This document shows positions 11,480 to 23,847 of a DNA stretch of 64,000 nucleotides, piece after piece (the first letter of the stretch is position 1; each line of letters begins with the position of its first letter). The notes below the pieces were generated by a model. The model ran no database searches and was not told the origin of the DNA. It worked only from the letters and a program-made list of their open reading frames with translations. The DNA is taken from positions 68,262,001 through 68,326,000 of the forward strand of contig NC_043001.1 in assembly GCF_006345805.1 (NCBI RefSeq), in the 5' to 3' direction. The translations under genes and the position numbers were made by a program. This DNA comes from Octopus sinensis. Taxonomy: Eukaryota.

Positions 11480-14130
11480 TTTCTTTGAGTTTTATTTAAG
11501 TTCTTGTTAAGAGAGTTCGAGTCGCTCACTAACAAAGCGACAAGACTTTTTGAGTTAAAAGATTTCTTGGTGTTTGTAAATATGTGGTTGAGTTGGTGTC
11601 TTGGTTGAGCTGCCAATGCAAGCACCCAAGTGTGTGTGCCTATTCACTTAAAGAATCGCAAATGGAGAATTTTTGGAAATATCTTATAGATCTTCACTGT
11701 GCCATTAAGAGAATGGATTTAGAGAATCTGCGTCAGTTTCTGTTGCTCTTCCTTTGACAAATCTAGTATTTCTAGTTTTTTTGTGAAAATTTGCTGATAC
11801 ATAGCTTAGTGCACCTATGATAATAGATGCGAATGAAAATCTATAGTCAAGTTACAAGAACTGTAAGTTGCGCATTAATTCACCATATACATTAATTCTT
11901 TTCCTGGACTTTTGATTGCACATACACATCCGCTGGGTAGATGACCTCTACAAGTGCATGACTTTTGTCCCATGTCACACAGAGTGTTATGTTTGCACCG
12001 ATTTGTTGTTTTTATAGGAGTGTTCCATCAGAATTCCTTATTTTTAAAGGTATAAACACATACTGGTTCTAACGTACCTTTGATATATACGTCAGGGCAA
12101 TCGTTCCTGCGGACAGTATTGTAAAAAGTCTTTGCAACTACATTATGCCTCTGGGGCAGGTAGTATCTCGTAGACATTTTAGGGCAGCTGCTGATGATGT
12201 GGGTGATATCTTCCACACTTATATAATAGAGCCGACAATTTCTATTGCAACGTTTGGTGATATCTTTGTTCCTCTTGTTTATCAGGTATGTAGTAGATAT
12301 CTCCTGTTCTTGGATAGCGAAGGCAGATCCTTCTAGGAGAGATGTAATGTATCTATCACAAGTCCAGGAGAGGCTACTGTTCCTGTGAATGCTGTTGTTG
12401 CCTTCTAGCATACGGGATATGTATCCATGCATTGCTTTTTGCTGGTATGATGCTTCCTCCTGTTTAAGTAGCCAGTTCAACAGTTGCATTCTCGGAGTAC
12501 AATAGTGCTTCACCAGCTATGAAGTTGTTGCTGCTCTTACTTTTGAGTATACATGGAATGTGCTCATTTCTTTCTTTACTGTTCAGTAGGTGCTGTCTGA
12601 GTGATACAATGCGATGGTCAAAGGCTGTTTGGACTGATCTTATGCCTCTACGGCAAAAACTTCATTGTAACATAGATCCTAAAGGTATCGCTGTTGAAGT
12701 GAAAGTTTCTAGTAGTGGTCTGTACCTTCCTAATTTCGATGTCCAGGCTGCGAATCTCGTCAAGAGTCCTGTCCAATATCCCAAATGTTGCTTTTAGCAC
12801 TAACACTGCAAAAACATTGTGTGACACAGTCTTGTATTCTACAGAAGTATTCTTTGGTTATTCTGGCTATAGTCACGACACCAACATTCTCATCAATTCC
12901 GAGATACTTTTAGTTTTCGTCATTAGAGACAGGGGAGATAGATGAGCCATTGATATACAAGTTCTCTGCTTGGCTAACAATCTTTCCTCGGTCCTCTCTT
13001 GTATGAGAATTTATCTTGCTCAAATTCGATTCCTGTTTCTCGTGAGAATGTTGTGCTTAGTTCCAATTGTCTCTTGATGTTGATCATGTTACGAGAATAT
13101 AATTTTAGGTTGTCATAAAAAATATGTGGGTGACATGAATTTTATTCTTTTCTGCATATCTCAGCATATAGCCTTAACATTTTATAAACAGAGCTAACAA
13201 AGGATTCATTACCAATGCAAGCAACATCACTATTACATTGGAATATACCTGTTGTAATTTAATTCTGGTGGTAACAATAGGTGTTGCTGTAGCAGTTGTC
13301 AGTTACAGCTGTGTGGACCATGTCAGCGTCAGTCTTTCAATGACATACAGTATAGCAGCTGGTACTTTGGAAAGATGTAGTAATTCTATCACCTTTGAGT
13401 GAGGCATAGAATGGTCTGGGAGAAACATATTCAGACAACCTGTGTACACTGTGTACATAACATTCAAGCATGCTATGGGTCTATAGTTTTTGGCTACATG
13501 AGTCTCTTTATTTTGGAAGATAAGAGTAGTCAGCGAAATTGGTGTGTCTAGCTCAACTTCCATAGTTTTTCTTTTTAATGTCCCTGTAGACTGAGCTTTT
13601 TGTATCAGTAGTCTACCATCAGGTCTTTCCTAGTGATATTTCATTCAGCAGTTTCATGATAACCACCAGGAGTGGTTTACTGGTGATGGTATATATTTTG
13701 GAAGATGCATTTACACAAAACTGACTTTTTAGTTCGTTTAACTATGCTGCATCGCGATTGTGTTTGTTTATATTCCAGATTCCCCGCCAGAATAACTCTA
13801 GGTCTTCCTGGGGAGCAGCTTTTAATACCTTGATGGTATCACATTTCATACTTCGACGTACAGCTTGTGAATTTCGGACAAACTTTCGGTTTGTCATATT
13901 TCGTTCATGCAATCATTTTACAGTAACGAAGTTTTTCACTTATCGCTCGTGGATGTTGTTTGGGGATGATTGGATTGCTTGAGAGTGTTTCTAGGCCGTT
14001 CCCATTTATGTATGTCATTATTCAGTTTGTTTCAAAATGTCTTGTCAATAGAGAAAGAACCGGTTTCAAACCTAGATCCAAGGCTCCTTCATTGGAATTT
14101 GAACCTCAACAACAAGGTATTTTTGTTTAT
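11480..14130 (-). mobile_element. R4/Dong-clade (RLE) LINE, degenerate copy 1
   Basis: In 5'-to-3' order: EDLELFWRGIW (about 13790), RT motif NYRPIACLN (about 13480), AMHGY...EGSAFAIQEQEI...CRL...HIISSC...RHNVVA (12028-12513), RLE remnant WNTPIKT...KHN...LVEVIYPAD (about 11930-12030). Confidence 0.85.
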
Positions 14131-14680
14131 ATATTTGTATGTGCAGATTTGTATGGTTTATGTATGTATTCTCATGCATATAGTTACATATCTAGACATG
14201 CTCATATATATTTAAAAGATAAACTGGTTACGTTTACAGATTTTTATAGTTACAGTGATGAATTGGATCTGTAGTCTTCGAATTAGCTTTCTCCGTTCTG
14301 GTTTTGAGAAGCTTAATTCCTCAAGATTGGTATTTATGCAGTGTGTTACATATCCCAGGGCCCCAATGATTACAGGTAAAGACCTGAACTTGTAATCTGG
14401 ATAGAGTAACTGTAGATTTCCCAAAAGTTCAGCGTAAGTATTCTCTTTTCCATTGATATTCAGCTTTATGTTAACATCCGCTGGGCAGCTAATTTCCACA
14501 ACTTCTCTTAATCCTAAATCATTATATCAGGTCTTTTGTGCTTACATTTTATTGAGGTCCTCACTGCTACATTCCACCAGTATTCCTTTTTCTTAAGACT
14601 GGCTATGGTTTCTACCATATTGTGGGTTTTTATTTCTTTGTCATCGGGATTATCCTTCCCACAGATTTCATTATAAAGTA

Positions 14681-16125
14681 TGTTGTGTGGACGCCCCCAG
14701 ACGATGAAGTAGGCTAGCCCAATACGTAGATATAGAGGGAGAAGTCTAGACGTGAAGTGTCGAGAGTTGAGTAGAGGTCATCCGAAAGTGTGATATAACA
14801 GTGGCGACGAGGTTTCGAATAGTACCGAAATGGAAGAGTTACTGAAAGCAGTTGTAAAACAACAGGAGCAGCAGCAACTACAGAAGTTAACAGAATTGTT
14901 ACTGCAGTCGAGAAATACGACAGAATCATTTTCAGCAGATGGTGTTGCAAATTCCATCGAAGAATTTCACTACAATCCGGATGAAGGGACTACTTTTGCT
15001 GCATACTACAGACGATACGAAGACATATTCCAAGAGGATTGCGAGAGATGGTCTAGTGAAAGGAAGGTAAGGCTCCTTTTGCGAAAGCTTGCTACTCCGG
15101 AATACGAAAGATTTTGTAACTTTATTTTGCCGAGAAAGCCCGCGGAATTGTGTTTTGGTGAAATGATAAATATTTTGACTAATATTTTTGGCGAGAAAAG
15201 TTCGCAGTTTAACATTCGATGTTTAAATTTAAAGAAAAACGAGTCCGATGATTTTGTTACATATGCCGGTATGGTTAATAAGGCTTGCAAAAAGGTTTAA
15301 ACTCGAAGAATTAACGCCAAATATGTTCAAGTGCCTAATATTCATTAAAGGGCTGGTGGCAATGGAAGACGCGGAAATTAGAAAAAGAATATTATCAAAG
15401 TTGAATCAAGATGTGAAACTGACTTTGCAGAATGCATCTGAGGAATGCCAACAAATAATAAATCTTCGAGATGATACAAGAAATATAAGAGACAAGAATA
15501 ATAATGTACAAATGTGTAAAGAACGTACAGAAAGAAGGAAAAACTAAATTCAAAACGGTGCTTTGGTTGCGGAGATCGACATTTGAAGAAAGATTGCCCC
15601 TTTAAAGATAAAACCTGTTTTAAGTGTGGTAAAATGGAACATATACAGACGAAATGCCGGTCAAAGAAAATGGTAAAACAGAAACTAGAAAATTCTGGAA
15701 GAAAAATGAAAATTTTCAACACAGATGACAAAGTGTATTTTAAAATAACACAGAAGGTATTTAAACCAATTAAAAAAAAAAGATATACCAAAAACCAAGA
15801 GAGGCGAGAAGAACCAATGGATTTATGGTATGATTTGTTCTAGGTCCCAGAACCTCAAGCAAAAGCAGAACCGACACGTAGGTCGAACAGGAAGAGAAAA
15901 CCTACAGAAATGATGGAAATTAATTAACTCTAAGAGAAAAAGATATGCCAGTTTCTCATCGAGGAAATATAAATGATAAATTCGGGTTTAAAAAACCCAA
16001 AAGGAGGAGATGTTGTGTGGACGCCCCAAGACGATGAAGTAGGCTAGCCCAATACATAGATATAGAGGGAGAAGTCTAGACGTGTCGAAAGTTGAGTAGA
16101 GGTCATCCGAACGTGCGATATAACA
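14681..16125 (+). mobile_element. Internally deleted Ty3/Gypsy (Mag-like) LTR retrotransposon, gag only
   Basis: LTRs 14681-14800 and 16011-16125 (TG...CA; 5 substitutions and one 5-nt indel), PBS tggcgacgagg at 14802 (tRNA-Ser GCU type), PPT aaaggaggaga at 16000, degenerate 5-bp TSD aagta/gagtg. Confidence 0.92.
14830..15700 (+). pseudogene. Gag (K02A2.6-like) with two CCHC-type knuckles, two frameshifts
   Basis: EFHYNPDEGTTFAAYYRRYEDIF...KVRLLLRKL...FKCLIFIKGL..DAEIRKRIL...CFGCGDRHLKKDCPFKDKTCFKCGKMEHIQTKC. Confidence 0.85.
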
Positions 16126-16644
16126 GAGTGTCCAAGCTACAACATCATGTCTCATCGGTAGATAATACCGTGATGACATTTTCAGACAATTGCTAACGAT
16201 GTGGGTCATATCATCAGTGTGAACTTCACAAAGTCTGCATCGGTTGCCACATTTTATGGCTTTTCCTGCATCTCTATCTCTTTTGTGCATCAAGTACTTG
16301 GTTGATATTTCCTGTTCCTGGATTGCAAACGCACACTCTTCAAAGTGGGAGATAGTAATCCGGATATTCGTCCGGAGCTTTCTACTAACATATCTATCCA
16401 TAGTCTTCTGCTCATCTGATGACATGTTGCGGTAGAATCGTACGAATTCTTTGGGCATATATTCTAGATTATCAGGCACAGAGTGTTGCTCAAGAGGCTG
16501 TCTTCTAAGTTTTATGTTATCAGTCTCATGTATGCAAACTTGGCCAAGGGATACACTTCGACACTTAGTAGTTAAAAGGTGTTACCGAAAGGATATGATG
16601 CGACATTCAAAGGCATTTTGGATCGATGTTAAACCTCCATGTAT

Positions 16645-16825
16645 TTATGTATGTATGTATGTATGCATGCATGTATGTATGTATGTATGTATGTATGTAT
16701 GTATGTATGTATGTATGTATGTATGTATGTATGTATGTATGTACGTGCGTATGTATGTATTTACGTGCGTATGTATGTATGTATGTATGTATGTATGTAT
16801 GTATGTATGTATGTATGTATGTATC
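16645..16825. repeat. (TATG)n microsatellite
   Basis: Long imperfect tetranucleotide run at the 5' break of the R4 LINE. Confidence 0.95.
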
Positions 16826-17879
16826 TCTTATCTTTTTCTAGTTTCAATCATTATTTATTGCAAAACACAGCTAGGATTCTTAAATGTTTAACGTAGTTCA
16901 GCCTACACAAGTAAATGTGTGAAGAACAATACAGGTATTTTCTAAGACGTTTCTATAAACTAGTTTTAAACATTTAATGACTAGAATAAAATAATAATGA
17001 AAGAAGTCCACCAGCAAAACATGTTTGAGAAGCATAGATTTCGATAAACATATTGCTTGAAAGCCATTCTATTTGAAAATGTCCGTTATATATTTGACTC
17101 ATCTGTTCACGAAAACCTGCTTATCTTTAACACTGCTTTGAAGATTTGCGTAAATAAAACATATTAAATTGATCAAAGAAGGAACAAATGTGCGTTGGTG
17201 ACCTTCAAAAAAGGTCACTTGACAACTTAAGAAGTAGTACGTACGTCAGAGAGAGAAATACCAACACTTGACCTTGCTTCCTATAAATCAGGCAAACAAT
17301 ACAAACTGTTGTTTAGTGTGATAACAGGAAATACAGTGAAAGAAAGATTCAGTGAGTTTGTAATGTGATTCGTCTCTTTTTTTAGACAACATCTTCAGAT
17401 CTTGAGAAAGTTATTTGCACTATCAATTGGTTGCATGAACTTTGACAATAAATTATTAAATTACAACAATACTAAGATGGAAATATAACCTGACAAAGTG
17501 TAAAAAAGGAATTGTTTATTTTACATATAAATACACTCTAACAAACACATTCCTATACATACACACAGACACACACGCATGCGCGCGCACACACACACAC
17601 ACGCATATATATACATAATATACATACATACACACATACATATATATGTATTATATATATATATATATAAAACAGAATAACAGCGTAACAGATGATAATA
17701 ACATCATGCGGACAGACCGACGATACAAAGAGGGGCAGGAAAAAACCAGAACGGAGCATTCGTGGCTTTTTTTCATCAGTCAAGTTTCCAATTATCATTA
17801 CAGTTTCCACCTGTAACACTTAAGACTGTTCAAACTTGGTAGGCCCCAAAAATCTAAGCTAAGGGCATTAAATTTTTGG

Positions 17880-18130
17880 AAGAAAGCAAGCGAATATGTG
17901 CGACAGCACAGTCAACCCCCCCCCCCAGAAAACGGAGAAAATGTTACACGATTACAAATACGAACAACAAGAACAACAGCAAGTGTCTTTCGACTAATAA
18001 GTTAAATTGAGCTGGGGTATAAAGTGGAAGCCTTAAGGCACAAACGTAGATGAAAGTCAGGAGACAAGAAAATAAGGTGTTATGCGTGTGGCGGTCAAGA
18101 TCATGCTTAGTCGAACACCGATCACATTGG
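17880..18130 (+). mobile_element. LINE ORF1-like remnant with zinc knuckle
   Basis: Degenerate frame ending in KIRCYACGGQDH (CX2CX4H). Confidence 0.4.
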
Positions 18131-18485
18131 AGGAACAGAGATATGTAGGAGGCAGAGGGATTGAAGAATTAGGGAAGAAACTGGAGAGAGAGAGAGAGGG
18201 AGAGAAGAAGGGACAGAGGGAAAGGTACAGGGGAGATAACAGAGGAAAGTAAAGAGATTTTTAAAAATGCCAAGAAATGTGAGGGCGGGGGAGCGAGAAA
18301 TAAAAAAAATGGAAAGAAAGAAGTCCTACAGATTTAGGTACATACTTACAAGCTGAGCAAAAGGTGTACGTACATCGCTATATGTATATATAAATCCCCC
18401 CAAAACGGGATAAGAACGTAACGGACGATAGTGTGAGTGTGTGTATATTACATTAATTATATAACACATACACACACACACACAC

Positions 18486-18552
<67 letters not shown>

Positions 18553-18889
18553 CATTCACATACACACATACATACACATGAACACTCAACTACAATCGCG
18601 TTGCTGTGTGTGCAAATATATATGACAGTCCGGGTACTAGCTACATAAGCGATGATTAATCGTTATGTAAGGTTTTAAGTATTGTAATCCGAGAAAGTGT
18701 GAGAAATAAGTATAAATCTGAAAAGGTCTAATAAGAACGAAATAGTTATCTCTCTTACTTGTCAAATTGACTGAATACACACATGCACACATATATGCAT
18801 TATATACATACATACACACACATACATATATATTATGTATTATATATATACATGCATACACATAGACACATACACACATACATATATAT

Positions 18890-19060
18890 CTCTATATATA
18901 AAACTGAAATGCGTTTTTACCGCTTGGTTCGTTTTCAATGCCACTACATCCCGTCCGATTCGCTCCAAAATTTACACGGACATGTAGAATGAGGTGACGA
19001 TGCGCGTGGGCTACCTTAGAAATCCCTATCTTAAAAGCTGTGGTTTCTAGGGGCCATCTT
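18890..19060 (+). mobile_element. Helitron-like 5' fragment
   Basis: atctctatatataaaactgaaatg...ccgattcgctccaaaatttacac; no matching 3' terminus seen. Confidence 0.4.
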
Positions 19061-19289
19061 CCTACCTCACCCTATTTCCTCCAGTACTCTGTCACTCCTC
19101 TTCATTTATAAATTTTAGAATGCCACTACGGTTATTTAAAGTATCTGTCACTATCGCTATTTCCTTTCTTTTTCACTGACTCTGTTTCCTACCTTCCTAT
19201 CACTTCGGCGGCGTTCTTTGAAGTATATGTCTGTCACCAACATGAGAACAAATATTATGAATCAGATATTCTTGCGTTCATTTATATGT

Positions 19290-19510
19290 GTGTGTGTGTG
19301 TGTTCTATATATATATGTATATATAATGTATGTGTGTGTGTTCTATATATAAATATGTATATATAATGTATGTGTGTGTGTGTGTGTGTTCTATATATAA
19401 ATATGTATATATAATGTATGTGTGTGTGTGTTCTATATATAAATATGTATATATAATGTATGTGTGTGTGTGTGTTCTATATATAAATATGTATATATAA
19501 TGTATATATA
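19290..19510. repeat. About 42-46-bp compound minisatellite, roughly 5 units
   Basis: Unit (gt)n-gttctatatataaatatgtatatataatgtat repeated head to tail. Confidence 0.9.
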
Positions 19511-19654
19511 CAAAGTGTATATATCTGTATTTATGTATATTAAACTTTTTCATACTTTTTCATAGTTATATATATTTTTAAACAAATTATAAATATAATT
19601 TCATAATTTTTATTTTCAATTTAAATAATTTAAAGTTTTCAATTTTATATTTTA

Positions 19655-20157
19655 CTAGCAGTATCGCCCGGCGTTGCTCGGGTTTGTAAGGGAAATAACT
19701 ATATAAGCAGTTTTAGTGAGTTATAGCAAAAAAAAATAGCAAAAAATGCATTAAAGATGGAATAAAAAATTATAGTAATTTCTTTTTTAAATCGTTGACT
19801 CATCGTAGACATTTTTACAGAGTTACTTCCCTTATATAATAGCGAAAAATGCATTAAAATGGAATTAAAAAATGATGGTAATTTTTTTTTTAATCGTTGA
19901 CTCATCGTAGACATTTTTAGAGAGTTACTTCCCTTATATAATAGCGAAAAATGCATTAAAATGGAATAAAAAATGATGGTAATTTTTTTTTTAAATCGTA
20001 GACTCATCGTAGACGCGCGCTAATACCCAAAAGGGCTCGATATGAATCACGACTATAAGATACCCGGTTTTGGTTACACTGCACCGCAAAATGTGGGAGT
20101 AGTTAGGAATCTAAATCGTAGGAGACAGACACACAACCTTACTTTTATATATAAAGA
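19655..20157 (-). mobile_element. Non-autonomous Helitron, complete
   Basis: On the minus strand: A|TC at the 5' end (20157), 3' hairpin cccgagcaacgccggg, then CTAG|T (19655). Contains an internal tandem repeat of about 105 bp, roughly 2.5 units (19740-20010). Confidence 0.85.
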
Positions 20158-20455
20158 TTTGTGCAACAACTAAAACATTCGGTTGTGAAAATTGTTTGCA
20201 CAGGAAACCTGCCCTGTGTAGCGGTTTTTGCCGTTTTTGTGGATCTGTTTCAGCTTTTTTAGCGATTTCTGTTTTGGCGACTTCAAGCCATGAAGTCATT
20301 GTTCTAAAAGAACGCTGGTCTCCTTCACAACGCATTACGACGTTGATTTCCTTACACTCCCTTCCCCACAGCTTCACGAGGGAGGGAAGAAGGGGGAGAA
20401 GCAACACAGGTGCAGGCGTGAGCGTGGACGCCAACTCCGCCGCCATCGACACACG

Positions 20456-20673
20456 AAAAATATGCATTAAAATGGAATAAAAAATGATGTTAAATTATTT
20501 TTAAAATCGTACACTCATCGTAGACGCGCGCTAATACCCAGACGGGCTCGATATGAATCACGACTATAAGATACCCGAATTTGGTTAAACTGCACCGCAA
20601 AATTTGGGAGTAGTTAGGAATCTAAATCGAAGGGGACAGACACTCACACAACTACAGTTTTATATATATAGAT
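20456..20673 (-). mobile_element. Same Helitron family, 5' part only
   Basis: Near-identical to 19950-20157 (gacgcgcgctaataccca...gggagtagttaggaatctaaatcg...ttttatatatatagat). Confidence 0.85.
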
Positions 20674-21119
20674 ATATTTTCTATGTTATATTTTCTTTTT
20701 TCATGTTTTTGTTTTTGGTTTTTCACTGTTTGATTTGCCTATTAGTGGTTTTATCTCTAATTTAATTTATACAGATATATATCTCATTTGTATACATTTG
20801 TATATATAATGCGTGCACACACACACATATATATATATACACATATATATATGTGTGCATTACGTAGTCGGTCGATTCACCTGAAAATATGCACACCTAT
20901 GTTAAAGGTGCTGACAAGTTTGCATCACAACTATTTTGTTCCTCAAATGAAAGGCGTCACCTCTAGGACAAAATTCCGCATCTTATAAAATGTGGCCCCA
21001 GTACACCCGAATGAAATCGGGTTATATTAACCAAAATGTGAAAAGGGGTCTAAATGGGGCTGGAAGGGGATTAAAATTTCAAAGAGCGGGTGTTTAGGAA
21101 TTCTCTGTTGCATCAAGCT

Positions 21120-21400
21120 AAAAAATTTGCGCCAGCCTTTTAATCGTCAATGTGTTGCCGTCCATGATAAAGAAGTTTTGAATGCTTGCCATGGTGAGTC
21201 TACTGTCGTGAGAAAGAATCACTTCAAAAATTGGTGTTTACGAATTTTCTTTTACATCAAGTTCAAAATTTTACGCCAGCCGTTAAACTGTCACTATGTT
21301 GCTGTCCGTCGTTAACAAATGCCAGCCATGGTGACTCTACTATCCTCAGATTCTATCCCTTCAAACTTTGGTTTCCAATATTTTATTATTTTTATTCAGC
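21120..21400. repeat. Diverged direct repeat, 2 units of about 145 bp
   Basis: cgccagcc...tgttgc.gtcc...gccatggtga.tctact...cttcaaa..ttggt occurs twice. Confidence 0.6.
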
Positions 21401-21684
21401 TCGCAAGTTCGTCTGTCCCTTTTGAATGTTAGCGTTTTGCTGTCTGCCTTGAAGCAGACCTTTCCATTGCCACTGCCTCATATTTCTGATTGATCTTTCT
21501 AAATATTTTATTTCTCAACTTACTCAAGATCTTCTGTTGTTTATAAATGGGAGAGAGATAGATAAAGATAGAGAGTAAGAGAAAGCGAGGGAGAGTCAGA
21601 GAGAAAAGAAAAGTAAGAGAGTGGGAAAGTGAGAGAGAAAGGAGAGAGAAAGGAGAGAGAAACAAATACGGAGAGAAACAAATA

Positions 21685-22020
21685 CGGGTTGGGCAGTGTG
21701 ACCGGGTCTCGGAAGCCAGGAGGCTGCACCAGGCTCCAGTCTGATCTGGCAGTGTTTCTACAGGTGGATGACCTTCCTAACGCCAACCACACTGTGAGTG
21801 TAGTGAGTGCTTTTTTCGTGCCGACGGCACTGGTGCCAGGGGGGCTCGCAGTGGCAACGATCGGTTGGTGCTTTTTACGTGCCACCAGCACAGAAGCAAG
21901 TCAAGGCGGTGCTGCAATCGGCCACGTTCGGATGGTGCTTTTTACGTGCTGAAAGGAAGCAACAGAAAGTAACACCCACACTCTTACCCGCGCGTAGAGC
22001 GGGTCACCTTCAGCTAGTTA
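21685..22020. mobile_element. Interspersed repeat (SINE/RTE-tail-like)
   Basis: gtttctacaggtggatgaccttcctaacgccaaccac motif plus internal repeats of ggtgctttttacgtgc. Confidence 0.5.
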
Positions 22021-22192
22021 TAAATATATAAAGAACTTCAGTCTTCAGAGTTGAGATGGTACGTTCGAAGACTCCTTGCTATACACACACTCAAAAGAAA
22101 GAGAGAGTGAGAGAGAGAAAGAGAGAGAGAGAGAGTGAGTGAGTGAATGAGTGAGTGAGTGAGTGAGTGAGTGAGAGAGAGTAAGAGAGAGA

Positions 22193-22263
<71 letters not shown>

Positions 22264-22579
22264 TATGTACACTGACAGTAACCATGCAGCACACTAGAAT
22301 ACTCTCCGAAACCCAAGAAACACACATGTGCACACACTCTCAAACGCATACATACTCACACAAGCACGCACACACACACACGCACACACACACACACACA
22401 TACACATATACGTGCGCACACACGCACACACTCACTGTCTCTCACACACATCAACAGCCGCACACACTCTCACATTCATTCACATACACACATACATAGA
22501 TTCATACACAAAAAAGTTCATTATATGATTTATTTGCGGTTCTGAAATTCTAATATTTACTGTGAAAAATCTGCAAAGT

Positions 22580-23686
22580 GTGGCTTTATATCAACAAGTA
22601 CCTGGACTACTTCTGTAGCACGCCAACAGATGGCAGTATACGGCTGCGTGCGCTGTGAGAGCTAGCAGGGGCAGCATGTCAAGTGTTATCGGTGTGTTTA
22701 TTTCGCAAGTTGTGAAATTTGTGTTTTTGTGATCACGTGTACGCTGTAGTCTACGATTTTGTCATGGACAGAAACAAAGAGCCAACGTAAAGCTTTCCGT
22801 TAAACTTGGAAAGTTTGCTACAGAGACATTGAGCATGTTTCGACAAACTTACGGTTACGAGGAATTGGGTCGTACGCAATGTTTCGAGTGGCACAGGTGC
22901 TTCAAAAGTGGAAGAACGAGCTCGGAAGACGATGAGTAATCTGGTTCAAAAATTCTAACATTTACTGTGAAAAATCTGCAAATGTGCAAAAGGCATCCTG
23001 CTGCGCTATAGATTATAGAAAACTTGAAAATTGTGTCCCTAAATAAGAACGAAGATTTTAGAAGAGAAAGTTACACCTAAGTGTCATTGGGAAGGCCTTC
23101 ACCCGTGTAGTCTGGAATAAACTGAAGAAAATCGCTGATGGAGGATATTGCGAGTTTTAGTGTCTTCGAGTCACCCCAGAAATGTGGCATTCTTCCCCCA
23201 AGGCTAGATCGTCAATCGAGAGTACTACTGTGACGTTTTGAAGCATTTTAGGGAGAACACACGGCAAAAGCGACCGAATCAGAGGAGCGCAAAGAATTAG
23301 ATTCTTTACGACGACAATGTACCCTGTCTCCAAGCTCTTTTCACTTTAAATTTTCTCGCTAAAAACAACATGGTATCGCTTCCGCACCCATCCTATTCGC
23401 CAGATTTAGTACCTGCATACTTCCATCTCTTTCCCACGATGAAAATGCAACTCAAAAGGCGCCGTTTTAACACTGTTGTCGAGACCCAGAGCGAATCGCA
23501 GAAGATTCTCCACTAGCTTACGGAAAACGACTTCCAGGACAGATTTTAAAAGTGGCAGAAACGCCGGGACGGGTGCATTGCTATGCAAGGTGACTATTTC
23601 GAAGGAGATGATGTCAAAACTTAAGTAAATAAGCTATTTTTTTTATCAAACATAACTAGTTCGGGAACCTTTTGATACCACCTTGT
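22580..23686 (+). mobile_element. Rearranged mariner (irritans-like): 5' and 3' parts separated by unrelated DNA
   Basis: LGKFATETLSMFRQTYG...TQCFEWHRCFKSGRTSSEDDE (22770-22940); DDNVP...HPSYSPDLVPAYFHLFP...KWQKRRDGCIAMQGDYFEGD (23190-23610); right TIR gttcgggaaccttttgataccaccttg followed by TA. Confidence 0.85.
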
Positions 23687-23847
23687 ATATGACGTAAAGG
23701 ACCAAACCTTTGCAGTACAGTAAAGGCACAGTGGCGCGTAGTGTGACCTTTATTTTTCTGATTTTGCTCAACAGATCTTAAATGGTGTATCTTAAATATT
23801 AGTTATTCAGGGATATGTTTTGAGATGAAGTGGTTATTAATTTAGAC

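Larger units (their letters stand above)
14200..16640 (-). mobile_element. R4/Dong-clade LINE 3' part, copy 2, split by an LTR element at 14681-16125
   Basis: 16126-16479 gives AFAIQEQEISTKY...CRLCEVH...HIVSNC...RHDVVAWTL. It continues at 14680 with YNEICGK...RPDIMI...EISCPADVN...LPVIIGALG. Confidence 0.9.

Noticed and set aside
17379-17490. Open frame after tctttttttag (QHLQILRKLFALSIGCMNF...)
   Set aside because: Short, unrecognised and unsupported by any upstream exon
19290-20010. CRISPR-like arrays
   Set aside because: The repeats are head-to-tail without unique spacers, and the context is eukaryotic
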